Assembly: GCA_963842525.1 (NCBI GenBank)
Contig: CAWJGT010000009.1
Coordinates: 1-64,000 of the forward strand
DNA: 64,000 nt
Reading direction: 5' to 3'
Source of the DNA: an uncultured Holophagales bacterium
Lineage (GTDB): Bacteria > Acidobacteriota > Thermoanaerobaculia > Multivoradales > UBA5704
Shown here in pieces: positions 16,875 to 26,429 of the stretch. Below the pieces are notes generated by a model. The model made no database searches, had not been told where the DNA came from, and saw only the letters and a program-made list of their open reading frames with translations. How positions within the stretch are numbered: position 1 is the stretch's first letter; every line of letters starts with the position of its first letter. Made by a program: the position numbers and the translations under genes.

Positions 16875-19157
16875 TCATAGGGGCTGTTCCAGGGTGTAGG
16901 TGGCTAGGATCTGGGGACGCGGAGAAAAAACCCAACGCTCGGTGCGGCGGGTGACTAGACAGCGGTGGTGGATGCCGCTGCGGGGGTCGAGGAGGAGGAT
17001 GGTGTCGCCGGGTCTTGTGGGGCAGATAGGACGGATCACGGTGTGGGTGAAGGCGAGGCGCCGGGAGCGGCGGCGGCTTGCTATGAAGGCGGCTTCTTCG
17101 GGGGATTGGGCGTAGTCGAGGGTGAGGACTTCGACAGAGGGTCCCCACCAAGTGGCGACGACGGGGTCTTCGAGGATGATCTCGAAGGGGGTCTGGGTGA
17201 GGCGGGTCCAGCTCGATTGACGGTAACGGGGGCGGGGGGCTCGGCCCATGACGAGACGGGAAACCGCTCCGGTGCCGTCGTCGACCAGCTCTTCGTAGGT
17301 GGATTCGTCGAGGACGTTGTAGGCGGTCGTCTTGAGGTTGGCTGTACCCCAGGTTTCCTCGGTGAGGTTGGAGCTGGAGTCGCCCCAATCGTGGGCTCCG
17401 GCGACGCGGCGGGGGGCGATCCAGCCGGCGGTCGTTTCGGTCTTGCCGGTCAGGAGGCCATCTTCGGTGAGGTGGTTCGCGGTCGTCTTGCGGATGACTC
17501 TTTGGAAGGGGGCAACCAGGTCTTTCTGGCCGGAGCCTGAATAGTTGAGGAACCAGGGGACTTCGGAAATGGCGGTGCGCTGGGAGTACCAGGAGGAGGT
17601 CTCCTGGATCTCTTTGGTCACGGCTCCGGTGTCGCCGTACTCGTGCTGGATCTGATCGACCTGGGCGAGGCCGAAATCTTCGATGCGGAGGAGAGCGGTC
17701 AGGGCGACTTCGAAGGGATACCAGCTCAGGGTGTCGTCGCCGATTCCAGCTCCCACGACGTTGGGGATCGACGAGCCGACGTTGCGGACGGCCATGAGGC
17801 GGCTGTACCAGCGGAAGGTCTCGATGCGCCGGGCGGTCTCCGTTCCTTCGGCGTCGTAGGTGGGCAGCTCGCGGCGCTCGCCGGTCTTCACGAAGGCTTC
17901 CTGGCGCCAGGCTCGGCAGGCGCCTTCTTCGTCGAGGAAGGCCTGGGCCCAGTGGTAGCCGTCCTCCACAGGGCCGGGGAACTCTCCGGCGGCGGGGGTT
18001 CGCAGCTTGGCGGCTCTCGGGTTGTACCAGCCCCATTGCCTTGTGATCTTGGCGATCGTCAGGCCGGCCTGGTCGTGAGATTCGGTCTCCAGGACGGAGA
18101 CTAGCTGGAAGGTCTCGGCGCTCGCGGTGGCGATCGGCTGGAGGGTGCCGTCGGCCTGCTGCATGGCGACGGCTTTCTTGACGGCGTAGAAGTCGAAGAC
18201 CTCGTCTCGCTGCTTGGTGATCGTGATGCCGGTCGGGGCTTCGGTGATCTGGGTCGAACGGATCACCCATTGGCTGGGGACGTCGGTGGGGGCGGCGGAA
18301 TCGATCGAGAGGACATCTCGCAGGGTCCAGATGTCATCTGGGGGCTCGGGGGGCTCGCGCAGCTCGACTCGGTAGGCTTGGACGAGCTGGTCGTCGGCGA
18401 GGCGCCAGGACCAGCCTTCGGCTTCTCCGAAGGCGGCGAGGAAGAGCCAGAGGCGCTGGCTGTCCGTGAGGAGGGGTTTGGTGTAGAGGGCTCCGGCGGG
18501 GACGTCAGTGGTAAAGCCGGCGTCTGTGAGGATCTCGTGGCAGATCTGTCCGCGGGTGAGGCCGGCGTCGGCGGGGAATTCGTAGCAGAGGTCGTGGCGA
18601 TCGTAGAGGCGGGATGGGTCGCCGCACTTCACACGGAGGGTGGGCTCGAGGCCTTCTTGCTGCTCGCAGGAAAGGACGTAGCCGAAGGCTCGGCGCCAGG
18701 TGCGCAGGGCGCCGATGGGGCCGACGGTGACCCAGATCTCGACGGGGGTGGAGGTCCAGGTGGTGGCAGTGGACTGGATCGACCAGCGGCGGCCGATCAG
18801 GGTGAAAGAGAAAAGGACGGCGGGGGTGTCTATGGAGTCATCGATTTCTAGGGGGCCGACCAGGTCCGTGCTCGGAATCTCTACACCGTTGAGCTTGACG
18901 GTGAAGGTGTAGTGGATCAAGGGACCAGAAAGGCTTTCGATCAAGGAGCGGGAGAGGGTGCCTTGGAGGGTGGCGGAAAATGGGGAGAGCACGTGGCCGC
19001 GGAGACCCTCACCCCCGGCCCCTCTCCCATCCGCACTCCCTTCCACCGGGAGAGGGGAGACAAGCGCCCTCACCCCCGGCCCCTCTCCCGCGCGTCCACC
19101 ACCCACCGCCCCGAGCGGGAGAGGGGAGAAAACCGCGGAGGTGGCGACTATGGGCAT
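16875..19157 (-). CDS. Baseplate hub/tail-tip protein (about 760 aa) with in-frame repeat inserts near the N-terminus
   Basis: Start MPIVATS at 19157; C-terminal PICPTRPGDTILL typical of tail hub proteins; position after the Dit-like gene. Confidence 0.7.
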   Translation of the reverse strand: MPIVATSAVFSPLPLGAVGGGRAGEGPGVRALVSPLPVEGSADGRGAGGEGLRGHVLSPFSATLQGTLSRSLIESLSGPLIHYTFTVKLNGVEIPSTDLVGPLEIDDSIDTPAVLFSFTLIGRRWSIQSTATTWTSTPVEIWVTVGPIGALRTWRRAFGYVLSCEQQEGLEPTLRVKCGDPSRLYDRHDLCYEFPADAGLTRGQICHEILTDAGFTTDVPAGALYTKPLLTDSQRLWLFLAAFGEAEGWSWRLADDQLVQAYRVELREPPEPPDDIWTLRDVLSIDSAAPTDVPSQWVIRSTQITEAPTGITITKQRDEVFDFYAVKKAVAMQQADGTLQPIATASAETFQLVSVLETESHDQAGLTIAKITRQWGWYNPRAAKLRTPAAGEFPGPVEDGYHWAQAFLDEEGACRAWRQEAFVKTGERRELPTYDAEGTETARRIETFRWYSRLMAVRNVGSSIPNVVGAGIGDDTLSWYPFEVALTALLRIEDFGLAQVDQIQHEYGDTGAVTKEIQETSSWYSQRTAISEVPWFLNYSGSGQKDLVAPFQRVIRKTTANHLTEDGLLTGKTETTAGWIAPRRVAGAHDWGDSSSNLTEETWGTANLKTTAYNVLDESTYEELVDDGTGAVSRLVMGRAPRPRYRQSSWTRLTQTPFEIILEDPVVATWWGPSVEVLTLDYAQSPEEAAFIASRRRSRRLAFTHTVIRPICPTRPGDTILLLDPRSGIHHRCLVTRRTERWVFSPRPQILATYTLEQPL

Positions 19158-19828
19158 CAGGGCTGCTCCGTCTCGACGAGGGCGATGCGGCGGGGCTCTC
19201 GGATCCAGTCTCGGTAGTGGCGGGCTAGGTCCTCGGCGGCGGTGACCATGGCGAAGAGGGGGACGAGTTGGACGATCAGGCGGGTGCCTGCGGGGGGTGG
19301 ATCTGAGAGCTTGAAGCGGCGGCTTGTTCGCTCGAACCAGCAGTCGCCGGCGGATGGAGTGCCGGTGGCGTAGGTGGCGGGGTCGGGCTCTTGGATGGAC
19401 AAGGCGGTGCTTCCCCAGCCTGGGCGGATGGTGGGATGGAAGCGGTCGGGCGGGGCTCCGGCGGGCGGTGAGAGGAGATGGTGGGCTTGGCGCCAGGGGA
19501 GGTCCCATTCGGTGCGGTGGCCGTCGGCGAGGTAGCCGAGGGTGACGTGCTTCCAGAGAGTCAGGTCGTGGGGGCCGGGGAAGGCCAGGCGGGCTTCGAC
19601 TTCTTCGGCGAGGGGGCCTAGATGGCGGTAGTCGAGGGTGACTCCGTACCAGCGGCGGATGACGGGGGCGCCTGGAAGTGGGGCGAGACGCTGCTCTCTT
19701 GTGCTGCCGTTCGCCATGCGGATGGTGCCGACGAGCTCGGTCTCTACGACTTCCCAGGAGTCGGCGGCGGCTCCGATCAGGTGCAGGCCGTCGAGGGTGG
19801 GGGCGGTGGCGGCGCCAGAGGTGTGCAT
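19157..19828 (-). CDS. Distal-tail-like protein (223 aa)
   Basis: Start MHTSGAA at 19828; immediately downstream of the tape measure. Confidence 0.6.
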   Translation of the reverse strand: MHTSGAATAPTLDGLHLIGAAADSWEVVETELVGTIRMANGSTREQRLAPLPGAPVIRRWYGVTLDYRHLGPLAEEVEARLAFPGPHDLTLWKHVTLGYLADGHRTEWDLPWRQAHHLLSPPAGAPPDRFHPTIRPGWGSTALSIQEPDPATYATGTPSAGDCWFERTSRRFKLSDPPPAGTRLIVQLVPLFAMVTAAEDLARHYRDWIREPRRIALVETEQP

Positions 19829-20742
19829 CAGCCGCCTTTCTTCAGGGCGTCGTAGAGGGCCTGGGCGAGGTCGGAGAACTCGCTTTCTGGGAAGGCTCTC
19901 TTGATGTCTCTTACGATCTCTTCGACTCTTTTGAGGGTGACGGAACCCTTGCGGAACAGGTCGATGATGTCCGAGAGCTGCTTGGCGAAGAGGAGCTGGG
20001 TCTTGCCCAGATAGTCCTGGACTCTTGCGATCTCGACGCTGCCGTCCTGCAGGCCTTGGATGAATTCCCGGACCTGGTCTCGGTAGTAGTTGAAGTCGAG
20101 ACCTCTCAAATATTCCCTGAGACGTTCGCCTCCGATCTGGGCATCGCCGTAGAGGGTGATGAGCTGTTGGATGGGAACGGCTCCGATCTTGACGGCGTCG
20201 ATCAGCTCGCTCACGGCTTTGTTCCAGAGGTTGGAGTGGTTCGCGACCGCTTGCTGGAGGTCGTCGAGGCGGGTGGTGATTTGGCTCTGCGTGGCGGCGG
20301 CTTGGTGGTGGAGATCGGCGAGGGTGGTGGTGACAACCGCAGCAGTAGAGGTGGATTGGGCGGAGACAGAGGACATCAAGGACTGCAAGGACTGCAAGGA
20401 CGGGACGGCGGAAGATGTGGAAGTGGTGGCGAGGCGCTGGGTGGCGTCGTGGGCCTGGTTGGCTCCCTCGGTGATGCGATCGAGGAGGGCGGCGAGGTCC
20501 TGGAGCTGGGTGATCATGGCTGGGTGGTGGTGAGCTGGGAAACGGCGGTGGCGGCTTCACGAGCTTTGGTGATCACTTGATCAAGCTGGGCGAGGAGGGG
20601 GCCGAAGGCGTTGCCTCCTGAGGTCTGGATGGACTGGAGAGCCGCGGCGAGCTTCTCCGATGGCGGTGGCCGCGTCTCGAAAAATCTGCGGCTCTCCTTC
20701 CTGCTCGATGGTCAGGCGGGCTTTGACTTCGGCGTCAGGCAT
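19828..20742 (-). CDS. Short tape-measure-like helical protein (229 aa ORF; about 304 aa if two compensating indels near 20655 and 20522 are corrected)
   Basis: All-helical A/Q/L-rich sequence between tail tube and Dit-like gene; MPDAEVKARLTIE N-terminus at 20742 is in the same frame as 20517. Confidence 0.6.
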
Positions 20743-20755
20743 GGTGCGGGCTCCC

Positions 20756-22117
20756 CTACTCCACCGGGGTCCAATCCCGGGAGGTGATCACCTCGACGGT
20801 CAGCGGCGGGGCGATGGCATCGTCGGTCTCGCCGATGAGGGTCACCTCCTCGGCGATGGCTCGGGCGTCTTTGGCAATGCGCTTGGCGGCGTCGATCCTC
20901 GCGGAAGCGAAGGTGAAGGTGATCGATTCTCGGTGGGTGGCGTCGAGCTGGCGGCCGGTGAAGGCGAGCTGGGCTTCGAGGCGGGCGGCGGACTCGGCCT
21001 GGTCGGCGAAGAATGGATCGATCAGGGCTCTCTCGATCTTCAAGGACGGCGAGAAGAGACCGTCTCTCAGGAGGGCGTAGGGATAACGGCTGCCGTTGCC
21101 TCTTTCGTCGGAGAGCGGCCAGTACAGCTCGAGGGTGCCTTTGCGGCAATTCATCGTCGTCCACGGGGCGGCGGCTCCGGCGGGGCGGAGGGCGACGGTC
21201 CAATGGGCGCTGGTGAAGCGCTGGAAGCCGGAGAGGATCGGGAGGTCCGGATCGGTCCACTGGCCGGGGGGATGGAAGGTGAAGGTGTCGCCGGGGACGA
21301 GGGTGGCGTGGTCGGCGGCGGTGCCGGGCCAGATGATCTCCAGGGGATCACGGTTTTCGTCCCAGAAGCCCAGGTCGAGGCCATCGGCGCCTTGCAGGTT
21401 CTGCCAGATGGCTACGCCGTTGGGCGCGAGGGCGACGTCGACGGGCGGGCCGGGGAAGGTGGGGGCTCCGGAGGTCTGCTCGACTTGGAACTGGAGGTCT
21501 CCGGCGACTTGGGCGACCTGGACGTGAACGGGGCCGGCGGCGGGGGTTCGCAAGGCGCCGCGGAGGTAGGGACCGAGGGTGTAGGTGCCGGTGTTGGTGG
21601 GGGCCGCGGCGGGCGGGCCCATGCGGGTGCCGTGCGCAATGAGACCTTCGAGCTTGACGGGGATCTCGGTGTTGTCGCCGATTGTCAGGGAGAGCTTGCC
21701 AAACTTGAGACCGTAGAGCCAGGTGCGCAGGACGGGGCTCTTCGAGAGGAGGGCGAAAAAGGAGGTATCCGCGCCGTTGCGCGAGGGCTCGAAAAGATAT
21801 TGATAGATGCCGGGGGCGAGGACGGTCTTGGTGGCGAGGCCGAGGAGGTGCTCCAGAAAGTCGAGGATGGTGCCGGTCGTGAGGCTGAGCGACCAGATGG
21901 ACTTCCCGCCTTTGGGGCCGGGGACTCCTCTTTCCAGGTAGCCGCTTTGGTTGACGGAGGCTCCTTCGGATTGCTCCTCGAGGAGGTCGGAATCGATCGG
22001 CAGCACGGCTTTGTAGGTCGTGAGCCCCCCACCAGGAAGACTGCCCGGGACTCCGAAGCTCCTTTCGCGGCCGACGGCCCAGAGGACCGCAGAACCTGTG
22101 GCGCCGAGCTGATTCAT
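20756..22117 (-). CDS. Major tail tube protein (453 aa, non-contractile type)
   Basis: Start MNQLGATG with GGAG RBS; GRERSFGVP...GIYQYLFEP...YGLKFGKLSLTI tube-like motifs; no sheath gene nearby. Confidence 0.7.
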   Translation of the reverse strand: MNQLGATGSAVLWAVGRERSFGVPGSLPGGGLTTYKAVLPIDSDLLEEQSEGASVNQSGYLERGVPGPKGGKSIWSLSLTTGTILDFLEHLLGLATKTVLAPGIYQYLFEPSRNGADTSFFALLSKSPVLRTWLYGLKFGKLSLTIGDNTEIPVKLEGLIAHGTRMGPPAAAPTNTGTYTLGPYLRGALRTPAAGPVHVQVAQVAGDLQFQVEQTSGAPTFPGPPVDVALAPNGVAIWQNLQGADGLDLGFWDENRDPLEIIWPGTAADHATLVPGDTFTFHPPGQWTDPDLPILSGFQRFTSAHWTVALRPAGAAAPWTTMNCRKGTLELYWPLSDERGNGSRYPYALLRDGLFSPSLKIERALIDPFFADQAESAARLEAQLAFTGRQLDATHRESITFTFASARIDAAKRIAKDARAIAEEVTLIGETDDAIAPPLTVEVITSRDWTPVE

Positions 22118-22645
22118 GGGAGGGCCTCCTGATCTCGCAGGTCGATGGCGGAGCGGTACTCGACGTTGATCACGGTCAGGAGGAGGTTCGAACGGGAGCG
22201 GGGTGGCGTCGAGTTGGACTCGCTGGATGCGGGTCACGGCTTCGGTGAGAAGGGCGCCGTCCGGGTCCTGGAGGACACCGGCGTTGCGGCGGACAACGCG
22301 GCGGAGCTGGGCGACGATGCGGGAGCGCAGCAGGTCGGCGGTGTCGCCCCAACCGGCCGGGGGGCTGGTGACCAGAGCGAGCTGGACGATCGTGGTGTAG
22401 CTCGCGCCGTAGCTGGAGGTGGTCTCGCGCTCTTCGTCGGCGAGGATCGAGAGGGCGAGACAGGGGGCGGGGATGGTCTCGGTGCGCAGGACGGCGGCCA
22501 TTTCGAGGATGGAAATCTGATCGTCTTGCGGGAAGACGGTGCGCAGGGGGGCGTCGGCGAGGAGCTTCTCGTGCAGGGCGAGGAGGATCTTCGCGTCGAG
22601 GGACCACGGGAGGGTTGGATAGACGGCGGGATCAGGCAGTGGCAT
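22114..22645 (-). CDS. Tail terminator/completion protein (1-nt frameshift near 22188 fuses it artificially to the tail tube)
   Basis: Removing one T gives ...PSNLLLTVINVEYRSAIDLRDQEALP* ending in an ATGA overlap with the tube gene. Confidence 0.65.
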
Positions 22646-23111
22646 CGAAGTAGTGCTCCTGGATGAGAGTCACGAGGTCCTGGACCTCGGCGGCGGTGAC
22701 GTAGACGAATGGGAAGGCCTGGACGGTGCGCTCGCGGCCGGTCTTGGGGTCGGTGAGGGTGCCGCCGTCCTGGAGGGTTCTGGCGAAGGGGGCTCTCGTG
22801 CCCACTTCGAGGGCTCGGTCTTCAACGGTGAGGGTGGTGATGCTCTGCAGGAGATCGCCTCCTCGGATGAGGGCCGGGCCTTCGGGTGGGTGGCCGTAGT
22901 AGGCGCGGATTCTCTGGGTGGCGGGGGCGAGTGGGGGCCAGGGGGCGTCGGGACCGGATTGGGCTTGGATGTGGGAGTGGAAGTAGGACTGGAGCGCCGA
23001 AGCCAGGGCTTCGAGGAGGGGGCGGGGCGGCTGCTCCAGGTGGGCGGCGGCGGCCTCGAGGAGCTGCTGGGCCTCGGCGGCGCCTTCGATCGTGAGGGTG
23101 AGGCGGAGCAT
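22632..23111 (-). CDS. Mu gpG-like virion morphogenesis protein
   Basis: QSGPDAPWPPLAPAT...LIRGGDLLQSIT...VGTRAPFARTLQDGG motifs. Confidence 0.8.
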   Translation of the reverse strand: MLRLTLTIEGAAEAQQLLEAAAAHLEQPPRPLLEALASALQSYFHSHIQAQSGPDAPWPPLAPATQRIRAYYGHPPEGPALIRGGDLLQSITTLTVEDRALEVGTRAPFARTLQDGGTLTDPKTGRERTVQAFPFVYVTAAEVQDLVTLIQEHYFDATA

Positions 23112-23190
23112 TAGTCCTCACCCCCCGCCCCTCTCCCATCTCCCTTCCACTCCTCCGCCGGGAGAGGGGAGAAATACAGGAAAAGGCTCA

Positions 23191-23622
23191 TCACCAGTCC
23201 TCCAGGTCTTGAAGGCGAAGGCCGGGGGTGGTGGGGGCGGAGATGGCGATCAACGGAGACACGTCGTCGGCGGGCGGGGCCTGGGAGAGATCGAGGCTGG
23301 CGGCGCCTCGGGCGACGTCTCGGAGCCAGGTGAGGGCTTGCTGGGATTCGCTCTCCAGGGCGGGGCTGGGTTGGCCTCCGGTCACGAGGCGGCGGTGGGC
23401 CAGGACGGCGACTTTTGCTTTCAGGACGGGGGGCGTGGTGGTTGGGGTAGATGGGAGCGTGGAGCGATAGCGGCCTAGCAGGTAGGAGGTCGCTTCGGCC
23501 TCGGCCTGGTCGATGGCGGAAAGAAGGGCCGGCTCGCCCCCCTGGCCGGCGAGGCGGAGGATTTCCGCCTCGCCGCGGAGGGCGAGCAACTCGGCCGGGG
23601 TGAGGTAACGGGACGGCATCAC
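23191..23622 (-). CDS. Mu gp36/DUF1320 head-tail connector
   Basis: YLTPAEL...AIDQAEAEATSYLLGRY...QALTWLRDVARGAASL. Confidence 0.85.
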   Translation of the reverse strand: MMPSRYLTPAELLALRGEAEILRLAGQGGEPALLSAIDQAEAEATSYLLGRYRSTLPSTPTTTPPVLKAKVAVLAHRRLVTGGQPSPALESESQQALTWLRDVARGAASLDLSQAPPADDVSPLIAISAPTTPGLRLQDLEDW

Positions 23623-24032
23623 CGGCGCTTGCGAGTGGTGGGCGCTTCGGCGGCGGCCGCCATAGCGAGCTCGGGCTCAGGCTCGACCGGCGCGATGGAT
23701 GTCGGCTCCTGGACCCGCTCCGCCTTCAGATTGGGATCGAGGACGCCAGGATCCACGGGAGTCGCGAAGGACTCCGGCTCCTGGACTCGCTCGGCCTTGA
23801 GGTTGATGATGGTGATCTCGACGTCAACGGTGCCGGGCGAGACCTCCTGGATGAGGAGATGCTGATCCTGGGCGATCTCTCGCGGCAGCATGTCGCATTC
23901 GAGGTAGGTGGGCTGGGCTCCGAGCACCAGGGTCATGGAGCCGCCGGGGTACGACACGGTGCGGCGGCGGGTGCCCGAACCCTCGGGACCCTTGGAGCTG
24001 ACTTCACGGTCGGTGCGGATCTTGAAAATCAT
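23619..24032 (-). CDS. Mu-like post-capsid hypothetical protein with internal duplication
   Basis: NLKAERVQEP occurs twice; position after the capsid gene. Confidence 0.7.
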   Translation of the reverse strand: MIFKIRTDREVSSKGPEGSGTRRRTVSYPGGSMTLVLGAQPTYLECDMLPREIAQDQHLLIQEVSPGTVDVEITIINLKAERVQEPESFATPVDPGVLDPNLKAERVQEPTSIAPVEPEPELAMAAAAEAPTTRKRR

Positions 24033-24056
24033 GTTTCTTCTCCTTGTATAAAGCGA

Positions 24057-24983
24057 TCAGTCCGGGTCGATCCGGACTGCGCACTGGGGGAAGCCCGGCT
24101 CGACGCCGTACTCCCCATCCATTCCGAAGCTGATCTGGGCGTGGGAAAACGACTTGGTCGTGTCGAACTCGATGCCGTTGGGCTCGCGCGTCGGCATCCA
24201 GAGAACAGGACGGGGGCCGGTCGGCAGCGAGAGGATGAAGTCCACTTTGTTTTCGGTGCCGGGGGCAGGGTTGTAGTCCAGCCAGAGGCTGAACTTTTCC
24301 TTCCAGGTGTTGGGATCGGCTCCGAAGCTCGGCTCGGTGCGGAGCAGCTCGTAGGCTTGGAAAACGTCGGTTGAGCGCGTAATCACGATCAGGTTTTGGC
24401 GGACCTGATCGGCGGAGGCGAGGGCGTCTCCCCAGAGCCGGATGGACATGAGCTGAAGGAGGGCCTTCGTGATCTCGGAACGCGCTTCCATCACGTCCGG
24501 CTTCGCGGGAGTCTGGCGGATGACGGAGACCAGATTGGAGTAACTGCGGCCGTCGGGGTGGGCGTGATCGGTATCGAAGAAGTTCTGGCCGTCGTAGGCG
24601 AGGCGGTTGTGGCGCAGGACTTTGACCGCGAGCATGACCTTGCCCGCGACAAAGCCTTCGGCGATGGCGGCGGACTTCTGCTGGACCGTGGCGAGGGCGG
24701 TGCCCCTCTCGATGTCGTTGCGATCAACGGCGTCAGTGATTTCGTATTTCTCTCCGACGATCGTGATCGGCGTTGCGAAGGAACGCTGGACGATCCTCTC
24801 GCCCACCCATTTGTGGAGCTGCGTAAAAAGGGTGGTCCATTCGATCGTGAGGCTCTTGGCCTTGGTCGGGTTGGGCACGGTCGCGGTGAGCTGCGGCAAT
24901 AAGGCGTTGGCCGCAGACCGGTCGTAGAGGTCGAGGGCGTAGGGCGTGACAACGCGGGCGATGCTTTGAAGCTCGCTGAGCAT
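24057..24983 (-). CDS. Mu gpT-like major capsid protein
   Basis: KWVGER...KYEITDAVDRNDIE and AYDGQNFFDTDH signature motifs. Confidence 0.9.
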   Translation of the reverse strand: MLSELQSIARVVTPYALDLYDRSAANALLPQLTATVPNPTKAKSLTIEWTTLFTQLHKWVGERIVQRSFATPITIVGEKYEITDAVDRNDIERGTALATVQQKSAAIAEGFVAGKVMLAVKVLRHNRLAYDGQNFFDTDHAHPDGRSYSNLVSVIRQTPAKPDVMEARSEITKALLQLMSIRLWGDALASADQVRQNLIVITRSTDVFQAYELLRTEPSFGADPNTWKEKFSLWLDYNPAPGTENKVDFILSLPTGPRPVLWMPTREPNGIEFDTTKSFSHAQISFGMDGEYGVEPGFPQCAVRIDPD

Positions 24984-24986
24984 GGC

Positions 24987-25454
24987 TTACTCCACGGGCG
25001 GCTCGGCGCCAGGCACCCGTTCGACGTCGATGAACCAGGTCGAGGGACCGTAGGGGCGGGTGAAGCGCCCGGCCTGAACGGAGTTATTGGTGAAGGCGGC
25101 GGAAACGGTGTTGTCGTCGACGACGAAGGCGATGCCGCCGGGTTTCGGAGTGCCTCCTGAGACGTTGAACAGCCATTCGCCGCGGGTGTCGACGCGAACG
25201 TAGCGCACGGCGTCGGTGTAGTCCTCGGTGGTGCCGAGTGAGCCGGCGGCTCCGTTGAGGTTGTTGAGGCCCTCGCGGCAGATGCCTTGGACCGTCAGGC
25301 CGTCGGTGTCGGAGGCGGGAACCGCGCGCCCTGAGCCGTTGGTCGCGACGAGCGCTCCGACGAAGAGGACCGCTCCGGCGGCGGCCGGAAGCGGCAGGAT
25401 CTGCGGTTGGTGCAGCGCCCAGATGCGCTGCGTGTCTTGCGTGAGATGTGACAT
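24987..25454 (-). CDS. Capsid decoration/cement protein
   Basis: LPAAAGAVLFVGALVATNGSGRAVPASDTDGL...FVVDDNTVS pattern of Mu-like head decoration proteins. Confidence 0.75.
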   Translation of the reverse strand: MSHLTQDTQRIWALHQPQILPLPAAAGAVLFVGALVATNGSGRAVPASDTDGLTVQGICREGLNNLNGAAGSLGTTEDYTDAVRYVRVDTRGEWLFNVSGGTPKPGGIAFVVDDNTVSAAFTNNSVQAGRFTRPYGPSTWFIDVERVPGAEPPVE

Positions 25455-25463
25455 GGCTGGGCC

Positions 25464-26429
25464 TCAGTTGGCTCGGAAGCCGAAGCCGGTGGTGGTGAAC
25501 TGATATTTGGCGTCGAGCTCTCGACGTCGCTCGGCGGAAAGGCCGAGGGCGGTGGTGGCCTGGTGCTCCTGGTCGGCCAGGCGGCCGGCGGTCATCGCTT
25601 CGACGGCCGGGACGGCGGCGAGGATCTCGAGGAGCCGGTCGGCGATCGCGATGTCGGCCGGAGGCTTGGCGGGGTCGTCCTGCAGCTTCACGGTGGCGGG
25701 GGTGCGGGTGGCGAGCAGCTCGATGAGGAGGGGCTTCGCGAGCTTCGCCATGGCGGGGGTGAGACAGGCGCCGAGGGCTTTGAGGCGGCTGTCGGCTTCC
25801 AGCTCGGCTTTCTGCCTCAGGATGATGGCGACGGCTTGGTCGCTTTCGGCGACTCGCTGTTGCAGGGCGGCGGTCAGCTCGACCTCGCCGAGGGCTGGCG
25901 GCGCCGGAGGATCACTTTCGGGCATGGGAGTCTCCTTTCTGGGCGTGAGCACGTACTGCGGGCGGCAGAGGGTTACCGGAGGGAGGCCGGTGACTGCGGG
26001 TCTTGCGTTGCCGAGGAGAGCGCAGCCGGTGAAGTACCAGCCGCCGGTGACCGGATGGCCGAGGGCGATCTCGGCGGAGCGCCGGGTGTAGCGCTTGGTG
26101 CGGATCAGCTCGACGGTGGCCGGGTCGAGGTCGGTGTAGCGAACCCAGAGGGCTTCGTCCTGGAGCCAGATGCGCTCGCACCAGCCGAGCGACGGGCCGG
26201 CGGTGCTGTGGTCGAGGTTGAGGCTTGCCATCTCGACGGCGGGGTCGTAAGCGGCTGCCATTTCGGCGAGGCGCTCGCTCGTGATCTCGATGCCGTGGGT
26301 CTCGGTGAGATCGATCGGGACGAGGGCTGGGAACTCCAGGGCTGGGGTTTCGCTGGCGGCTGCGAGATCGATCAGGTTTTCGGTGGCAGGCGTCCAGAGG
26401 ACGGCGCCGGTGATGATGCGCGGGGTCAT
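25464..26429 (-). CDS. Mu-like prohead protease/scaffold
   Basis: NLDHS...GWCERI...KRYTRRSAEI...GCALLGNARPAVTGL. Confidence 0.85.
   Translation of the reverse strand: MTPRIITGAVLWTPATENLIDLAAASETPALEFPALVPIDLTETHGIEITSERLAEMAAAYDPAVEMASLNLDHSTAGPSLGWCERIWLQDEALWVRYTDLDPATVELIRTKRYTRRSAEIALGHPVTGGWYFTGCALLGNARPAVTGLPPVTLCRPQYVLTPRKETPMPESDPPAPPALGEVELTAALQQRVAESDQAVAIILRQKAELEADSRLKALGACLTPAMAKLAKPLLIELLATRTPATVKLQDDPAKPPADIAIADRLLEILAAVPAVEAMTAGRLADQEHQATTALGLSAERRRELDAKYQFTTTGFGFRAN

Noticed and set aside
20756-22645. 629-aa tail terminator/tail tube fusion in the ORF track
   Set aside because: Removing one base near 22188 restores a separate gene ending in an ATGA overlap, and the tube gene has its own RBS and ATG at 22117.
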